A DNA stretch of 64,000 nt from an uncultured Gemmatimonadales bacterium (GTDB lineage: Bacteria; Gemmatimonadota; Gemmatimonadetes; Longimicrobiales; Longimicrobiaceae): assembly GCA_963716255.1 (NCBI GenBank), contig OY970303.1, forward strand, positions 5,664,001 to 5,728,000. The letters run 5' to 3'. Positions 35,357-45,773 of this stretch are shown here, piece after piece. A program made the translations under genes and the position numbers. Below the pieces are notes generated by a model. That model was not told the origin of the DNA and made no database searches. It was given only the letters and a program-made list of their open reading frames with translations. The stretch's first letter is position 1. Each line of letters begins with the position of its first letter.

Positions 35357-36808
35357 ATGGCCACCATCCTCCACGTCGACGACGAGCCCGCGGTCGGCCT
35401 GATCCTCCAGGACACGCTGGAGCGGGCCGGCCACACGCCGGTGGGCGCGCGCGGCGTCCCCGAGGCGCTGCAGGTGCTCGCCCGCGGCGGGGTGGACCTG
35501 GTGATCTCGGACTACCGCATGCCGGGGCTCACCGGGCTGGAGTTCCTCGCGCTGCTGCAGCGCGAGGGGTTCGACGTGCCGCTCATCATGCTCACCGGGT
35601 ACGCGAGCATCGAGCACGCGGTGGCGGCCATCAAGGCCGGCGCGGTGGACTACATCACCAAGCCGGTGCGCCCGGAGCAGCTGCGGCTGGCCGTGGACCA
35701 GGCGCTGGAGTTCGTGCGCCTGCGCCGCGAGAACGAGGCGCTGCGCCGCGAGGTGATGGAGTTCCGCAACGAGCGCCAGATCATCGGCGAGAGCCCCGCG
35801 CTGCGCCGCATCCTCCAGACGGTGGCGATGGCGGCGCCCACCCGCGCCACGGTGCTCCTGCAGGGCGAGAGCGGGACCGGCAAGGAATTGTTCGCGCGGG
35901 CGATCCACGACCAGAGCGACCGCCGCGACCGGCCCTTCATCAAGCTCAACTGCGCGGCGCTCCCGGAGGGGCTGGTGGAGAGCGCCCTCTTCGGTCACGA
36001 GCGCGGGGCGTTCACCGGCGCGGTGAAGCGGGTGGAGGGCGCCTTCGAGCGGGCCCACCGCGGCACCCTGCTGCTGGACGAGATCTCGGAGATGCGGCTG
36101 GACCTGCAGGCAAAGCTCCTGCGCGTTCTCCAGGAGCAGGAGTTCGAGCGCGTGGGCGGCACCACCCCCATCCGCGTGGACGTGCGCGTGGTGGCCACCA
36201 CCAACCGCGACCTGGCGGTCGAGGCGGCGGCGGGGCACTTCCGGCAGGACCTGTACTTCCGCCTGAGCACCATCCCCATCCAGATCCCGCCGCTGCGCGC
36301 CCGCCCCGAGGACATCCCCTCGCTGGCGTCCCGGTTCGCCATGCGGACCGCGGCGGAGACCGGCAAGGAGGTCAAGGGGATCTCCCCCGCGGCGCTCCTC
36401 GCCCTGCAGCGCAACCCCTGGCCCGGCAACGTCCGCGAGCTGCAGCACGCCGTGGAGCGGGCGGTGATCCTGTCCCCGGAGCCGGTGCTCCAGCCGTACG
36501 CCTTCGAGGGGCACCGCTTCGGGCTGGCGCAGACGCTCCCCGAGGTGGCGCTCCCCGCCTACGCCGCTCCGGGCGCCTTCTCCGCCGCGGCGTACGCGGC
36601 GGCTTCCGGCGGCGCGCCCTCCCCCGCCGACAGCGGCGCCGTCGTGCTGCACTCGCTCAACGTGGACGAGGCGGAGCGGGTGCTGATCGGGCGCGCGCTG
36701 GAGGTGTCCGGCGGCAACCGCACGCGCGCGTCGGAGCTGCTGGGGATGAGCGTGCGCACCCTCCGCAACAAGCTCAACGGCCGCGGGCGCGACTTCGAAG
36801 ACGAATAG
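35357..36808 (+). CDS. Sigma54-dependent response regulator (NtrC family)
   Basis: Receiver domain, GESGTGKE, GAFTGA, LLLDEI, WPGNVREL, Fis HTH. Confidence 0.96.
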   Translation: MATILHVDDEPAVGLILQDTLERAGHTPVGARGVPEALQVLARGGVDLVISDYRMPGLTGLEFLALLQREGFDVPLIMLTGYASIEHAVAAIKAGAVDYITKPVRPEQLRLAVDQALEFVRLRRENEALRREVMEFRNERQIIGESPALRRILQTVAMAAPTRATVLLQGESGTGKELFARAIHDQSDRRDRPFIKLNCAALPEGLVESALFGHERGAFTGAVKRVEGAFERAHRGTLLLDEISEMRLDLQAKLLRVLQEQEFERVGGTTPIRVDVRVVATTNRDLAVEAAAGHFRQDLYFRLSTIPIQIPPLRARPEDIPSLASRFAMRTAAETGKEVKGISPAALLALQRNPWPGNVRELQHAVERAVILSPEPVLQPYAFEGHRFGLAQTLPEVALPAYAAPGAFSAAAYAAASGGAPSPADSGAVVLHSLNVDEAERVLIGRALEVSGGNRTRASELLGMSVRTLRNKLNGRGRDFEDE

Positions 36809-36912
36809 CGCCGCCTGCCGCGTCCCGGGAGAAACCCGCGCCGCTCCCCTCCCGTACGGTGTCCCGTGCGCCGGCGCCGTCGCTCCCCTCCCTCCCACCC
36901 CAGGAGCCGCAG

Positions 36913-37338
36913 ATGAGCAACCCCTACGTCGGACAGGAAGCCGCTTCGCCGCAGGTGGCCTCGGCAAAGAGCCTGGCGACCGTGGTCTACGCCCTCCAGG
37001 CCGCATCCCTGGTCGTCGGCTTCACCCCCATCGTGGGCCTCATCATCAACTACCTGAAGATGGACGAGGTGCGCGGCACCTGGGTGGAGTCGCACTTCCG
37101 CTGGCAGATCCGCACCTTCTGGCTCACCCTGCTCTTCGGGGTCCTGATGTTCGTGATGTTGCTGCTGTTCGGGCTGGGGATCGCGGGGGCTGCCTCGGTG
37201 GGGAGCGACGCGGGCGCCGCGGCCGGCGGCATCTCCATCATGCTGCTGGCGATCGTCGGCGGGCTGGGAATGCTGGCCTGGTACGTGTACCGCGTCGTGA
37301 AGGGGTGGATCCGGCTCAGCGAGAACCAGCCCATCTGA
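36913..37338 (+). CDS. DUF4870-like membrane protein
   Basis: [27 protein letters not shown]. Confidence 0.82.
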   Translation: MSNPYVGQEAASPQVASAKSLATVVYALQAASLVVGFTPIVGLIINYLKMDEVRGTWVESHFRWQIRTFWLTLLFGVLMFVMLLLFGLGIAGAASVGSDAGAAAGGISIMLLAIVGGLGMLAWYVYRVVKGWIRLSENQPI

Positions 37339-37367
37339 CGGGGCGGGAGTGGCGGGGAGGCTCCCCG

Positions 37368-37586
37368 TCACTCCACCAGCTCGAACTCCTCCAGCGCGTA
37401 CCCCTCGCCCAGCCCCACCCGCGCGATGCGGAAGCGGCGTCCGCCGCGGTCCGTCTCGTCCTCCCACGCCAGCTCGCGCTCCGCGTCCTCGAGCGCCCAT
37501 CCCTCCGCGCGCTCGCGCGTGGCGAACACGCCCAGCGTGTCGCTCGCCATGTCCGTCTGCCAGCTCACCAGAACCCAGACGCGCAT
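37368..37586 (-). CDS. Small hypothetical protein
   Basis: GAGG RBS; VWV...LGVFAT.E.A...EEFEL pattern. Confidence 0.6.
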   Translation of the reverse strand: MRVWVLVSWQTDMASDTLGVFATRERAEGWALEDAERELAWEDETDRGGRRFRIARVGLGEGYALEEFELVE

Positions 37587-37723
37587 CGGTGTATTCCTCG
37601 TGTGGAGGGGAATGGCCGGGGTGCCCCACGCATGCCTGCAAGACGCCGACCGCGGGCCCTGGCCGCCAACCTGCATCCGGACCCGGCCGTCCGGACCGAG
37701 CCGACCGAGCGAAGGAGACGCAG

Positions 37724-38266
37724 ATGAGCGAGCGAAGGGAAGTCGCCACCCTCGCGGGGGGGTGCTTCTGGTGCCTGGAGGCGGTGTACGACGAGCTGCG
37801 CGGGGTGACGGACGTGGTGTCCGGGTACACCGGCGGCGCCGTGCCGCGTCCCAGCTACGAGGCGGTGTGCTCCGGGACCACCGGGCACGCCGAGGTGGTG
37901 CAGGTCACCTTCGACCCGGAGGAGGTGTCGTTCCGCGAGATCCTGCAGGTGTTCTTCACCCTCCATGACCCCACCACACTGAACCGGCAGGGGCACGACG
38001 TGGGGACGCAGTACAGGTCCGCCGTGTTCCCGCACTCGCCGGAGCAGGAGGTCGTCGCGCGCGAGGTGATCGCGGAGCTGGAGCGCGAGGGGGTGTGGGA
38101 CGATCCCATCGTCACCACGATCGAGCCGCTGGAAGAGTTCTATCCCGCCGAGGAGTACCACCAGGAGTACTTCCGGCGCAACCCGTACCAGCCGTACTGC
38201 CAGGTGGTGGTGAAGCCAAAGGTGTCCAAGTTCCGCAAGCAGTACCTGGAAAGATTGAAGAAGTGA
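37724..38266 (+). CDS. msrA: Peptide-methionine (S)-S-oxide reductase
   Basis: [45 protein letters not shown]. Confidence 0.97.
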   Translation: MSERREVATLAGGCFWCLEAVYDELRGVTDVVSGYTGGAVPRPSYEAVCSGTTGHAEVVQVTFDPEEVSFREILQVFFTLHDPTTLNRQGHDVGTQYRSAVFPHSPEQEVVAREVIAELEREGVWDDPIVTTIEPLEEFYPAEEYHQEYFRRNPYQPYCQVVVKPKVSKFRKQYLERLKK

Positions 38267-38277
38267 GGGGCGGGTTT

Positions 38278-38404
38278 GGGCGTGCCCCCGGCTGCGCCGG
38301 GGTCGGGCTTCGGCTCCGTAACGCACGAAACGACCGTGCGTAACGGAGTCGAGCCCCGGCAAACTGCGCCGGGTCTCGACCCTTCGGGCCGAAATCCCTC
38401 ACGC
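38278..38404 (+). repeat. Structured repeat family A, copy 4
   Basis: A consensus with inner stem ACGCACG/CGTGCGT. Confidence 0.95.
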
Positions 38405-38513
38405 GGGGTGCGGGCGCGTCCTCACTTGCCGGACGGCGCGCGGCGGGGCAGTTTGCCCGGCTCCGGACCTTCCTTTCCGTCCGCGGTCGTCCCCCTCCTC
38501 GTACTTCCTCCAC

Positions 38514-41500
38514 ATGGCACACGGGCTCGGCGACCTGGACGGCATCACCGACGCGCAGGTGGAAGCCCTCGTCGGGGCGGGGCTGGACTCGCTGCACAAG
38601 GTCGCGGCGGTGCGGGTGCTCCCCGCCGCCCGGAAGACCGGCATTCCCCGGGCCCGGCTGCTGCGCTGGCGGCGGCTGGCCGCGTTCCTCCGCTGGGACG
38701 CCGGCGACCCCGTGGTGGCCCGGGAAGCCGTGGACGACGCCGGGCTGGAGGACGAGAACGCGTTTCTCGCCGCGCCCGCGGACACGCTCCTCGCGACCCT
38801 CAACGCGGCCCGCAGGAAGCGCGGCGAGGAGCGCCGCGGCAGGACCGAGCTGCGGGCCCACCGGCAGGCCCTGTTCGACGAGGTCGTGCGGGCGGGCGCC
38901 CCGGCCCTGCTCCAGTCGCGCCGGCTCGACCTCCTCGCGGACGACACGGTGCGGCAGATCCGGGCGGTGGCGGCGCAGGGGTATTCGGGCGAGTACGCCG
39001 CGCTCCTCCTGCGGCACCTCGCCGACGGCGCGCCGGCCGACGCCTCCGACGCCGAGCTCGCGGCGCGGGTGCGCGAGGGGACCAGGGACCCGGCGGAGGC
39101 CCGGCGGCGGCAGGCCCTGCTGGAGATCGAGGCCATGAACGAGCGCCGCGCCTGGGGGTGGGACACCACGACCTCGCTCGCGGCCATCCCCTTCGTCAGC
39201 CTCGCGGCAGGAAGGAAGCTCATCGAGCAGGGAATCGGCTCGATCTACGAGGCGCGCCTGATGGACGTGGACCGCGTGGCGCGGGCGACCGGCCTCCCGG
39301 CGGCGGAGCTGGACAGGATCCGGCAGGCGGCCGACCTCCTGTGCCTTCCCTACGTGGACCGCTGGCGGGCCTTCGCGCTGGTGGAGCTGGGGCTGTACGG
39401 GGCGTTCCGCAGCTACATCAACAACTGGGTCCTGGGGAGCGCCCACGCCAAGGGCACGTTCATCACCCTGGACCCGCGCAGGGGGGCCGACGTCACGGCG
39501 GCACGGCTGGAGCTGGCCCGCAGTCCCGACGCCCAGAACCGGGCCTTCGCCGGGCGCCTGAAGAAGAAGCAGATCCCCCACGCGCCCTATCCCGAGGGGG
39601 ACGCCTACCTGGGGCTCGCCATGCAGTTCGGGACGCACGAGCACGAGTTCGTGCTGGACGTGGACCCCTCCGCGGGGGAGGCGGGGTGGACGCTGGCCCG
39701 GGCCGTCGCGGACGAGCTGTACCGCCTGACCACTCCCATCGTGGTCCCCCTCCCGGTGCTCGCCGTGGGCGGGCCCGACGCCGTGGCGGGGCAGACGCCC
39801 GAGGCGCGCGTGGCGCGCGTCGCCGCGGCGCCCAACGCCATGGCTTCGTACACCCTGGCCGCGGGGCCGCGCGTGGCCGCCTTCGCCGCGCCGCACGACC
39901 GCGATGCCCTGGCCGACGGGTACGGCGAGGGATCGGTGTACGGCTACCAGGTCTCGGCCGAGCTGGGGCGCGCCGTCCTCCGGCACCTGGCGCCCGCCGC
40001 GGGGCTGGGGGTGGTCGCGGACGTGGGCGAGCACGACGACGCCGTGCTGCGGGAGATCCCCTCGCCGGACCGGAAGGGCTACGCCTTTCCGGCGGTGCGC
40101 GTGGAGCTGGGAGGGAGCGCCGACCTCGCCCGCGCGGCGGCCGATCCCGACCAACGCGCACGCCTGGCGCGCGCGCTCGCCCGGGGGATGCTGGAAGGCT
40201 TCGGCTACGTGACGGCGCGGCTGCGGGGCAGGGTGGTGGACGAGGACACCGGCAAGCCGGTCGCCGGCGCGCGCGTCCTGCTTTCGGACCCCAACGGCTG
40301 GACCCGTCCGTACCAGAACAGCAACGCCGAGTACGCCAGCGCCGTGACGGGCGAGCAGGGCGCCTTCGTGCTGGAGGTGCCGGTGCGGCAGGAAGTCGTG
40401 TGGATGGAAGGCGCCAGCTCGGACGACCTCCTCCCCAACACGTTCCGGGCCCGGGTGGCGCAGGACGGGCGGCAGGGCGTGGAGCTCCCGGAGGTGGTGT
40501 TCCACCAGCGCGGCCTGGTCCACGACTTCGGGGAGGTGGTGCTCCCGGGGAGCGGCGGGCTGTACGGGATCCAGGCCGCGGAGGCGCAGTCCGGCACGGG
40601 GTGCTGCTGCCCCTTCTGGGACATCCCGTCCACCGGCGCGTCCCCGGCTCAGCCGCCGGGCAACCTCCCGGACCAGCCGCCGCCGCGCGAGGTGCCGGTG
40701 GAGCACCCGGTCAGCGGGACGATCCCCACCGGCGACCGCCTGTACGCCATGACCACGGTGCTGGAGCACCTGCTGCGGCCGGGAACCGGCTTTCTCCGCT
40801 TCGGCCCGCCCATCGTGGTCAGCAACCTGCCGGAGGAGGTGGGGAGCGGCGCGGAGGCGGCCGCCGGCCCCCCGAATCCTCCCCCCTTCGGCCCCGCGGA
40901 GGTGCACGAGAGCGGGATCCTCGTCCACACCACGCGCCAGGACACGCCCCGCGAGGCGCCGTACCGGGAGCGGACGTTCGCGCAGAAGCTGTTCCACGGC
41001 CCGTTCAACCTGTACTTCTGCCACCGCAACCTGACGCGGGACGCACACGGACAGAACACACGGATGTGGCTCGTCCTGTACCTGACCACGCCCACGGCGC
41101 CCTCCGCGGAGGCGAGGATCACCGGGTCGGCGGTCACGGCGACGGCGCTCCCGATCGTCCTCGGCGGGGGCAAGTCCGCGTGGCCGTTCAGCGGCGGAAA
41201 GGGAACGCTCCCCTTCGAAGTCGCGAAGCGGCGCGTCCTCGGGCCCGCCGACGCGGGCCCCGCGGGGGGAGAGGCGATCGACGCCGCGATCCCGGCAAAG
41301 GCCAACGGGGCCGTCGTCTGGGCCGGCCTCGTCGACCGCACCAAGTGGGCGGAGGGGCACATCCACGTCGACCCGCCGGCCGGCCTGCAGCTGGGCGTGT
41401 ACTTCCTGGCGGTCTCGGTCCCCGCGAGCGCCGGGGCGGCTCCGCCTCCGCCCACGCCGGCGCAGATCCAGGCCATCCTGTGCGAGGAAAGGCCGGCGGG

Positions 41501-42215
41501 CGGCTCGTCCGGGGCGTGTCCCCCGGGGACGCAGAAGGGGCTCCGCGTGGCGGGGGCGCACGTGCGCTGGGACGACGCGCACTTCGGGCGCACGGCCGGG
41601 GTGTTCGACGCTTCGCAGTGGGACGGGGCGTTCCTGGTGGACGCGCCGCCGCTGGGCCGCTACCTGGGGCTGGGGATCAACACGGTGGGGAGCCCGCACC
41701 CGGAGTCGATCGCGACGGCGGAGACGGCGCAGGTCCCCGTCGCCGGGTACCCGGAAGGGAGTCCCCGCTCCTACATCAACTACGGCACCTACTTCCGCTG
41801 CTCGCTCACGGTGCACAACCGGGCGGGCGGGGACGAGCCGGACCGCACGCGCTACGTCCGCGTCCGCTTCGCCGTCTTCCACGACCGGACCGGGAAGACC
41901 ACGCGCGGCGAGCTCCCCCCGCCGCAGACCACCCTGGTCGGCGGCAGCAAGGTCTTCGGCGTGAGCCACTGGTTCAACGGCGTGGTCCGGAAGCGGTCCC
42001 CGCTGCCGCCTCCGTCCTTCCCGGACGCCGTCCACGAGGTGTTCCTCACCAGCGAGCAGCAGAGCGTGGTGCTGTACGACCGGGTGCGGCTGCTTCCCGG
42101 CGATCGCTTCCCGTTCACCGTGGAGTTCCCGGTCCCGGGGTTCGCGTCCCGCAGCCACGGCATCGTCGTGGAAACCTACGCCGACGAGGAGCCGCCCGCC
42201 GCCCCGGTCCCGTGA
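38514..42215 (+). CDS. Large multidomain hypothetical protein (HhH/DUF4332-like, amidase_3-like remnant, carboxypeptidase-regulatory-like, DUF3370-like)
   Basis: 1233-aa ORF with typical codon bias; motifs LGDLDGI..AQVEAL..AGLDSL, VLR..PAVRVELG..LARALARG, GRVVDEDTGKPVAGARV, VSNLPE..GIL..F..YF.H.N, NYG.Y. Confidence 0.8.
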   Translation: MAHGLGDLDGITDAQVEALVGAGLDSLHKVAAVRVLPAARKTGIPRARLLRWRRLAAFLRWDAGDPVVAREAVDDAGLEDENAFLAAPADTLLATLNAARRKRGEERRGRTELRAHRQALFDEVVRAGAPALLQSRRLDLLADDTVRQIRAVAAQGYSGEYAALLLRHLADGAPADASDAELAARVREGTRDPAEARRRQALLEIEAMNERRAWGWDTTTSLAAIPFVSLAAGRKLIEQGIGSIYEARLMDVDRVARATGLPAAELDRIRQAADLLCLPYVDRWRAFALVELGLYGAFRSYINNWVLGSAHAKGTFITLDPRRGADVTAARLELARSPDAQNRAFAGRLKKKQIPHAPYPEGDAYLGLAMQFGTHEHEFVLDVDPSAGEAGWTLARAVADELYRLTTPIVVPLPVLAVGGPDAVAGQTPEARVARVAAAPNAMASYTLAAGPRVAAFAAPHDRDALADGYGEGSVYGYQVSAELGRAVLRHLAPAAGLGVVADVGEHDDAVLREIPSPDRKGYAFPAVRVELGGSADLARAAADPDQRARLARALARGMLEGFGYVTARLRGRVVDEDTGKPVAGARVLLSDPNGWTRPYQNSNAEYASAVTGEQGAFVLEVPVRQEVVWMEGASSDDLLPNTFRARVAQDGRQGVELPEVVFHQRGLVHDFGEVVLPGSGGLYGIQAAEAQSGTGCCCPFWDIPSTGASPAQPPGNLPDQPPPREVPVEHPVSGTIPTGDRLYAMTTVLEHLLRPGTGFLRFGPPIVVSNLPEEVGSGAEAAAGPPNPPPFGPAEVHESGILVHTTRQDTPREAPYRERTFAQKLFHGPFNLYFCHRNLTRDAHGQNTRMWLVLYLTTPTAPSAEARITGSAVTATALPIVLGGGKSAWPFSGGKGTLPFEVAKRRVLGPADAGPAGGEAIDAAIPAKANGAVVWAGLVDRTKWAEGHIHVDPPAGLQLGVYFLAVSVPASAGAAPPPPTPAQIQAILCEERPAGGSSGACPPGTQKGLRVAGAHVRWDDAHFGRTAGVFDASQWDGAFLVDAPPLGRYLGLGINTVGSPHPESIATAETAQVPVAGYPEGSPRSYINYGTYFRCSLTVHNRAGGDEPDRTRYVRVRFAVFHDRTGKTTRGELPPPQTTLVGGSKVFGVSHWFNGVVRKRSPLPPPSFPDAVHEVFLTSEQQSVVLYDRVRLLPGDRFPFTVEFPVPGFASRSHGIVVETYADEEPPAAPVP

Positions 42216-42297
42216 GCCGGCGCGGACTTGCCGGGCCGCCGCTCTCCCGGCACCTTTCGGGCTCCGCGTCGCCGCGACCCGCAGCCCCTGCCCCCCG

Positions 42298-43530
42298 TTG
42301 AAGCGATTCGCCGTCCCCAACCCCTGGCGCGGGCTGCGCGGGCTCCCGGCCGAGGTGTGGACCGTCGCCGCGACCACGCTGGTGAACCGGATGGGGATGA
42401 TGGTCCTCCCCTTCCTGGTGCTCTACGTCACCCAGCACCTGGGCTACCCCGCCGCCACGGCGGGGCTGGTGCTGACGGTGTACGGCGCCGGCGGGCTGGT
42501 GAGCGCCCCGGTCGCGGGGCGGCTCTGCGACCGGGTGGGCGCGCTGCGCGTCATGCAGGCCGCGCTCCTGCTTTCCGGGGGCGTGCTGCTGCTCTTTCCG
42601 CTGGCGCGCGGGCTGGAGGCGGTGCTGGGGCTGACCCTGCTGTGGGCGCTGGTGTCCGAGGCGGTGCGCCCGGCCAGCCTGGCCGCGCTCACCGGGAGCC
42701 TCCCACCGGAAAAGCGCACCGCGGCCATCGCGCTCAACCGCCTCGCCATCAACCTGGGGATGAGCGTGGGCCCGGCGGTGGGCGGCTTCCTGGCCATGGC
42801 GTCGTTCCCGCTCCTGTTCGTGGCGGACGGCGCCACCTCGCTCCTGGCGGGGCTGGGGCTCACCCTGGCGATCTGGAAGCTGGGGCTCGCGCGCCGCGAG
42901 GACCGCGCCGCCGAGGCCGCCGCGCTGGCGGGCGCCATCCCGCGCGGCGTGCTGCGCGACCGCCGGATGCTGGTCTTCCTGGCGGGGCTCTTCCTGCTGG
43001 GCGTGGTGTTCCTCCAGCACGAGGGCGCGCTCCCCGTGTACCTGGTGCGCGACCTGGGGCTCCCCACCTCGTTCTACGGGATGATCTTCGCCGTCAACAC
43101 GGTGATGATCGTGCTGCTGGAGGTTCCCCTCAACCTGGCCATGGCCGGCTGGCCCCACCGCCGCACGCTGGTGCTGGGCGCGGCCCTCTGCGCGGCCGGG
43201 TTCGGGGCGCTGGTGCTGGCCTCCGGGCCCTGGGGCGTGGTGCTCACCGTGGTGGTGTGGACCTTCGGGGAGATGATCTTCTTTCCCGTGTCCGCCACCT
43301 ACGCGTCGGAGCTGGCGCCGCCGGGCCGCCAGGGCGCCTACATGGGCGCCTACAGCATGGCCTGGGGGCTGGCGTTCACCCTGGGCCCGGCCGCGGGCAC
43401 CGCCATGCTGGACCGCTTCGGCGCCGCGGCGCTCTGGAGCTCCATGCTCGCCGTCGGGCTGGTTTCGGCGGGGATCATGAGCGCGCTCACCCGGACCGAG
43501 CCCGCGGGCGCCGCCCTGCCGGCCGCCTGA
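42298..43530 (+). CDS. MFS transporter
   Basis: About 12 TM helices; G.LCDRVG motif A. Confidence 0.92.
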   Translation: MKRFAVPNPWRGLRGLPAEVWTVAATTLVNRMGMMVLPFLVLYVTQHLGYPAATAGLVLTVYGAGGLVSAPVAGRLCDRVGALRVMQAALLLSGGVLLLFPLARGLEAVLGLTLLWALVSEAVRPASLAALTGSLPPEKRTAAIALNRLAINLGMSVGPAVGGFLAMASFPLLFVADGATSLLAGLGLTLAIWKLGLARREDRAAEAAALAGAIPRGVLRDRRMLVFLAGLFLLGVVFLQHEGALPVYLVRDLGLPTSFYGMIFAVNTVMIVLLEVPLNLAMAGWPHRRTLVLGAALCAAGFGALVLASGPWGVVLTVVVWTFGEMIFFPVSATYASELAPPGRQGAYMGAYSMAWGLAFTLGPAAGTAMLDRFGAAALWSSMLAVGLVSAGIMSALTRTEPAGAALPAA

Positions 43531-43558
43531 CCCATCTCACACTCGCCCATCCACCGAC

Positions 43559-44131
43559 ATGACGCGCACCGCCCGCTTCCCGCTCGCCGCCCTCCTCCTC
43601 GCGCTCTGCGGGTGTGCCGCGCCCGTGCGCGCCGCCGCCCAGGAGCCCACCGTCGTGGTGCTGGTGCGCCACGCCGAAAAGGCCGCGTCCGGCGGCCAGG
43701 ACCCCGAGCTGAGCGAGGCCGGCGCCGCCCGCGCCGACGCCCTGGCCGCGGCGCTCGCGGACGCGGGCGTGGACGCCGTGGTGACCACCCAGCTCCGCCG
43801 CACGCAGCTCACCGCGCAGCCGCTCATGCGCCGGCTGGGCCTCGCGCCCGAGGTGGTCGCCACCAGCGGCGCGGACCACCCCCGCGCGGTCGCCGACGCC
43901 GTCCGCCGCCACGCGGGGCAGACGGTGCTGGTGGTGGGACACTCCAACACCGTCCCCGCGATCGTCACCGCGCTGGGCGCGCCGCCCATGGGCGAGCTGT
44001 GCGACCACGAGTACTCGACCCTGTTCGTGGTGGTGCTGCGGCCGGGGGAGGCGCCGACGCTGGTGCAGTCGCGGTACGGGGCTCCCGATCCGGCCCCGAC
44101 GGCTCCCTGTGCGCGTACCATGCGGCAGTAG
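43559..44131 (+). CDS. Histidine phosphatase (SixA/PGM-like), exported
   Basis: VRHAEK, LS..G..RA, RT..TA, VVGHSNT. Confidence 0.88.
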   Translation: MTRTARFPLAALLLALCGCAAPVRAAAQEPTVVVLVRHAEKAASGGQDPELSEAGAARADALAAALADAGVDAVVTTQLRRTQLTAQPLMRRLGLAPEVVATSGADHPRAVADAVRRHAGQTVLVVGHSNTVPAIVTALGAPPMGELCDHEYSTLFVVVLRPGEAPTLVQSRYGAPDPAPTAPCARTMRQ

Positions 44132-44151
44132 GCGGGCCTGGATCCCGGTGC

Positions 44152-44311
44152 GGGGCCGCTCCGGAACCAGGCCAAACGGCCGGCCTGTTTCCTACGCGGG
44201 CTGCGGGAGCCCCGGAAAACTGACTCCGGGTCTCCCTCCGCCGGAGTGAGCCAGCCGAAACTGCCCGGCTGTCTCCCTCCGCAACGGATTCGGGGGGTAC
44301 TGCGGAACGGC
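44152..44311 (+). repeat. Structured repeat family B, copy 4
   Basis: GGGGCCGCTCCGGAACCAGGCCAAACGGCCGGCCTGTTTC...GAGCCCCGGAAAACTGACTCCGGGTCTC...GAGCCAGCCGAAACTGCCCGGCTGTCTCCCTCCG. Confidence 0.92.
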
Positions 44312-44478
44312 GGAACGGCAGAAGCCCGGCTTCGGGCGGCAGGGCCGCGGCGTTCTCAACGCGTCACGGCGCGTATTGCGCCCTGCCGCGGCGCGATGTA
44401 TCCCTTCATCGGTCACCCGATACGTCCCGCCGCTCCTCCGCCGCGGATCCGTCCGTCCTCTCCCATCGCCCCGGAGCC

Positions 44479-45675
44479 ATGGCAAGCACCGTCCCCACGA
44501 CGCGCCCGCGCGTGTCGCACCGCGCCGGCCTCTTCACCGAGTCCGTCATCCGCGAGATGACGCGCGAGGCGATGAAGCACGGCGCCGTCAACCTGTCGCA
44601 GGGGTTCCCCGACTTCCCGGCCCCGGCGGACGTCAAGGAGGCCGCGCGGCGGGCCATCGCCGACGACGTCAACCAGTACGCCATCACCTGGGGGGCGCGC
44701 GACTTCCGCGAGGCCATCGCCCGCAAGACGAAGTGGTACCTGGGGCTGGACGTGGACCCGGAGACCGAGCTTACCGTGACCTGCGGCTCCACCGAGGCCA
44801 TGATCGCCACGATGATGGCGACCGTGGACCCGGGCGACGAGGTGGTGGTGTTCGAGCCGTTCTACGAGAACTACGGGCCCGACGCCATCCTGTCGCAGGC
44901 CACCCCGCGCTACGTGCCGCTGCACGCGCCCGACTGGAGCTTCGACCGGGACGAGCTGGCGGCGGCGTTCGGCGAGCGGACCCGCGCCATCATCCTGTGC
45001 AACCCCAACAACCCGTGCGGCAAGGTGTTCACGCGCGAGGAGATGGAGTTCATCGCCGGGCTCTGCCGCGAGCACGACGCCCTGTGCTTCACCGACGAGA
45101 TCTACGAGCACATCCTGTACGCCGACGACGGCGAGCCCGCCCCGGAGCACGTCTGCATGGCGCAGCTCCCGGGGATGCGCGAGCGCACGGTGGTGGTCAA
45201 CTCGCTCTCCAAGACGTATTCTGTCACCGGGTGGCGGGTGGGCTACTGCATCGCCCCGCCGGACATCACCAGCGCCATCCGCAAGGTGCACGACTTCCTC
45301 ACGGTGGGCGCCGCCGCGCCGCTGCAGGCGGCCGGCGCCTACGCGCTGTCGCTCCCGCCGGAGTACTACGCCCACCTCGCCGCCGACTACCGCGCGCGGC
45401 GCGACCTTCTCCTCCCCGCGCTGGAGGAGGTGGGCTTCCGGACCTTTCGCCCGCGCGGCGCCTACTACGTCATGGCGGACATCGGCGGCTTCGCCTTTGC
45501 ATCGGACGTGGACTTCACGCGCCACCTGATCCGCGACGTGGGCGTCGCCTGCGTCCCGGGGTCCAGCTTCTACGCGGACCCGGCGCGGGGCGCCCGGTTC
45601 GTGCGGTTCTGCTTCTGCAAGCGCGACGAGACGCTGCACGCGGCGGTGGAGCGCCTGCGCAGGCTCGCCGCGTGA
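44479..45675 (+). CDS. Class I/II aminotransferase (YbdL/kynurenine aminotransferase-like)
   Basis: NLSQGFPDF, NQY, NP.NP.GK, DEIY, SLSKTYSVTGWRVG, RFCFCK. Confidence 0.93.
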   Translation: MASTVPTTRPRVSHRAGLFTESVIREMTREAMKHGAVNLSQGFPDFPAPADVKEAARRAIADDVNQYAITWGARDFREAIARKTKWYLGLDVDPETELTVTCGSTEAMIATMMATVDPGDEVVVFEPFYENYGPDAILSQATPRYVPLHAPDWSFDRDELAAAFGERTRAIILCNPNNPCGKVFTREEMEFIAGLCREHDALCFTDEIYEHILYADDGEPAPEHVCMAQLPGMRERTVVVNSLSKTYSVTGWRVGYCIAPPDITSAIRKVHDFLTVGAAAPLQAAGAYALSLPPEYYAHLAADYRARRDLLLPALEEVGFRTFRPRGAYYVMADIGGFAFASDVDFTRHLIRDVGVACVPGSSFYADPARGARFVRFCFCKRDETLHAAVERLRRLAA

Positions 45676-45773
45676 AGGCGCCCCGCGGACCGGAAGAGGG
45701 GCGGCGCGTCGCCACAGGGTGCGGCGCCCGGACCTTTCCGCCTGCGCGCACCCGTTCCAAAGGGACACAGCCC

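Noticed and set aside
38112..42377. 1421-aa minus-strand ORF and other long antisense or alternate-frame ORFs (for example 4207-6960, 30552-33599, 38276-42301)
   Set aside because: These are shadow ORFs of real genes in high-GC DNA, with Arg/Gly/Pro-rich translations and no motifs.
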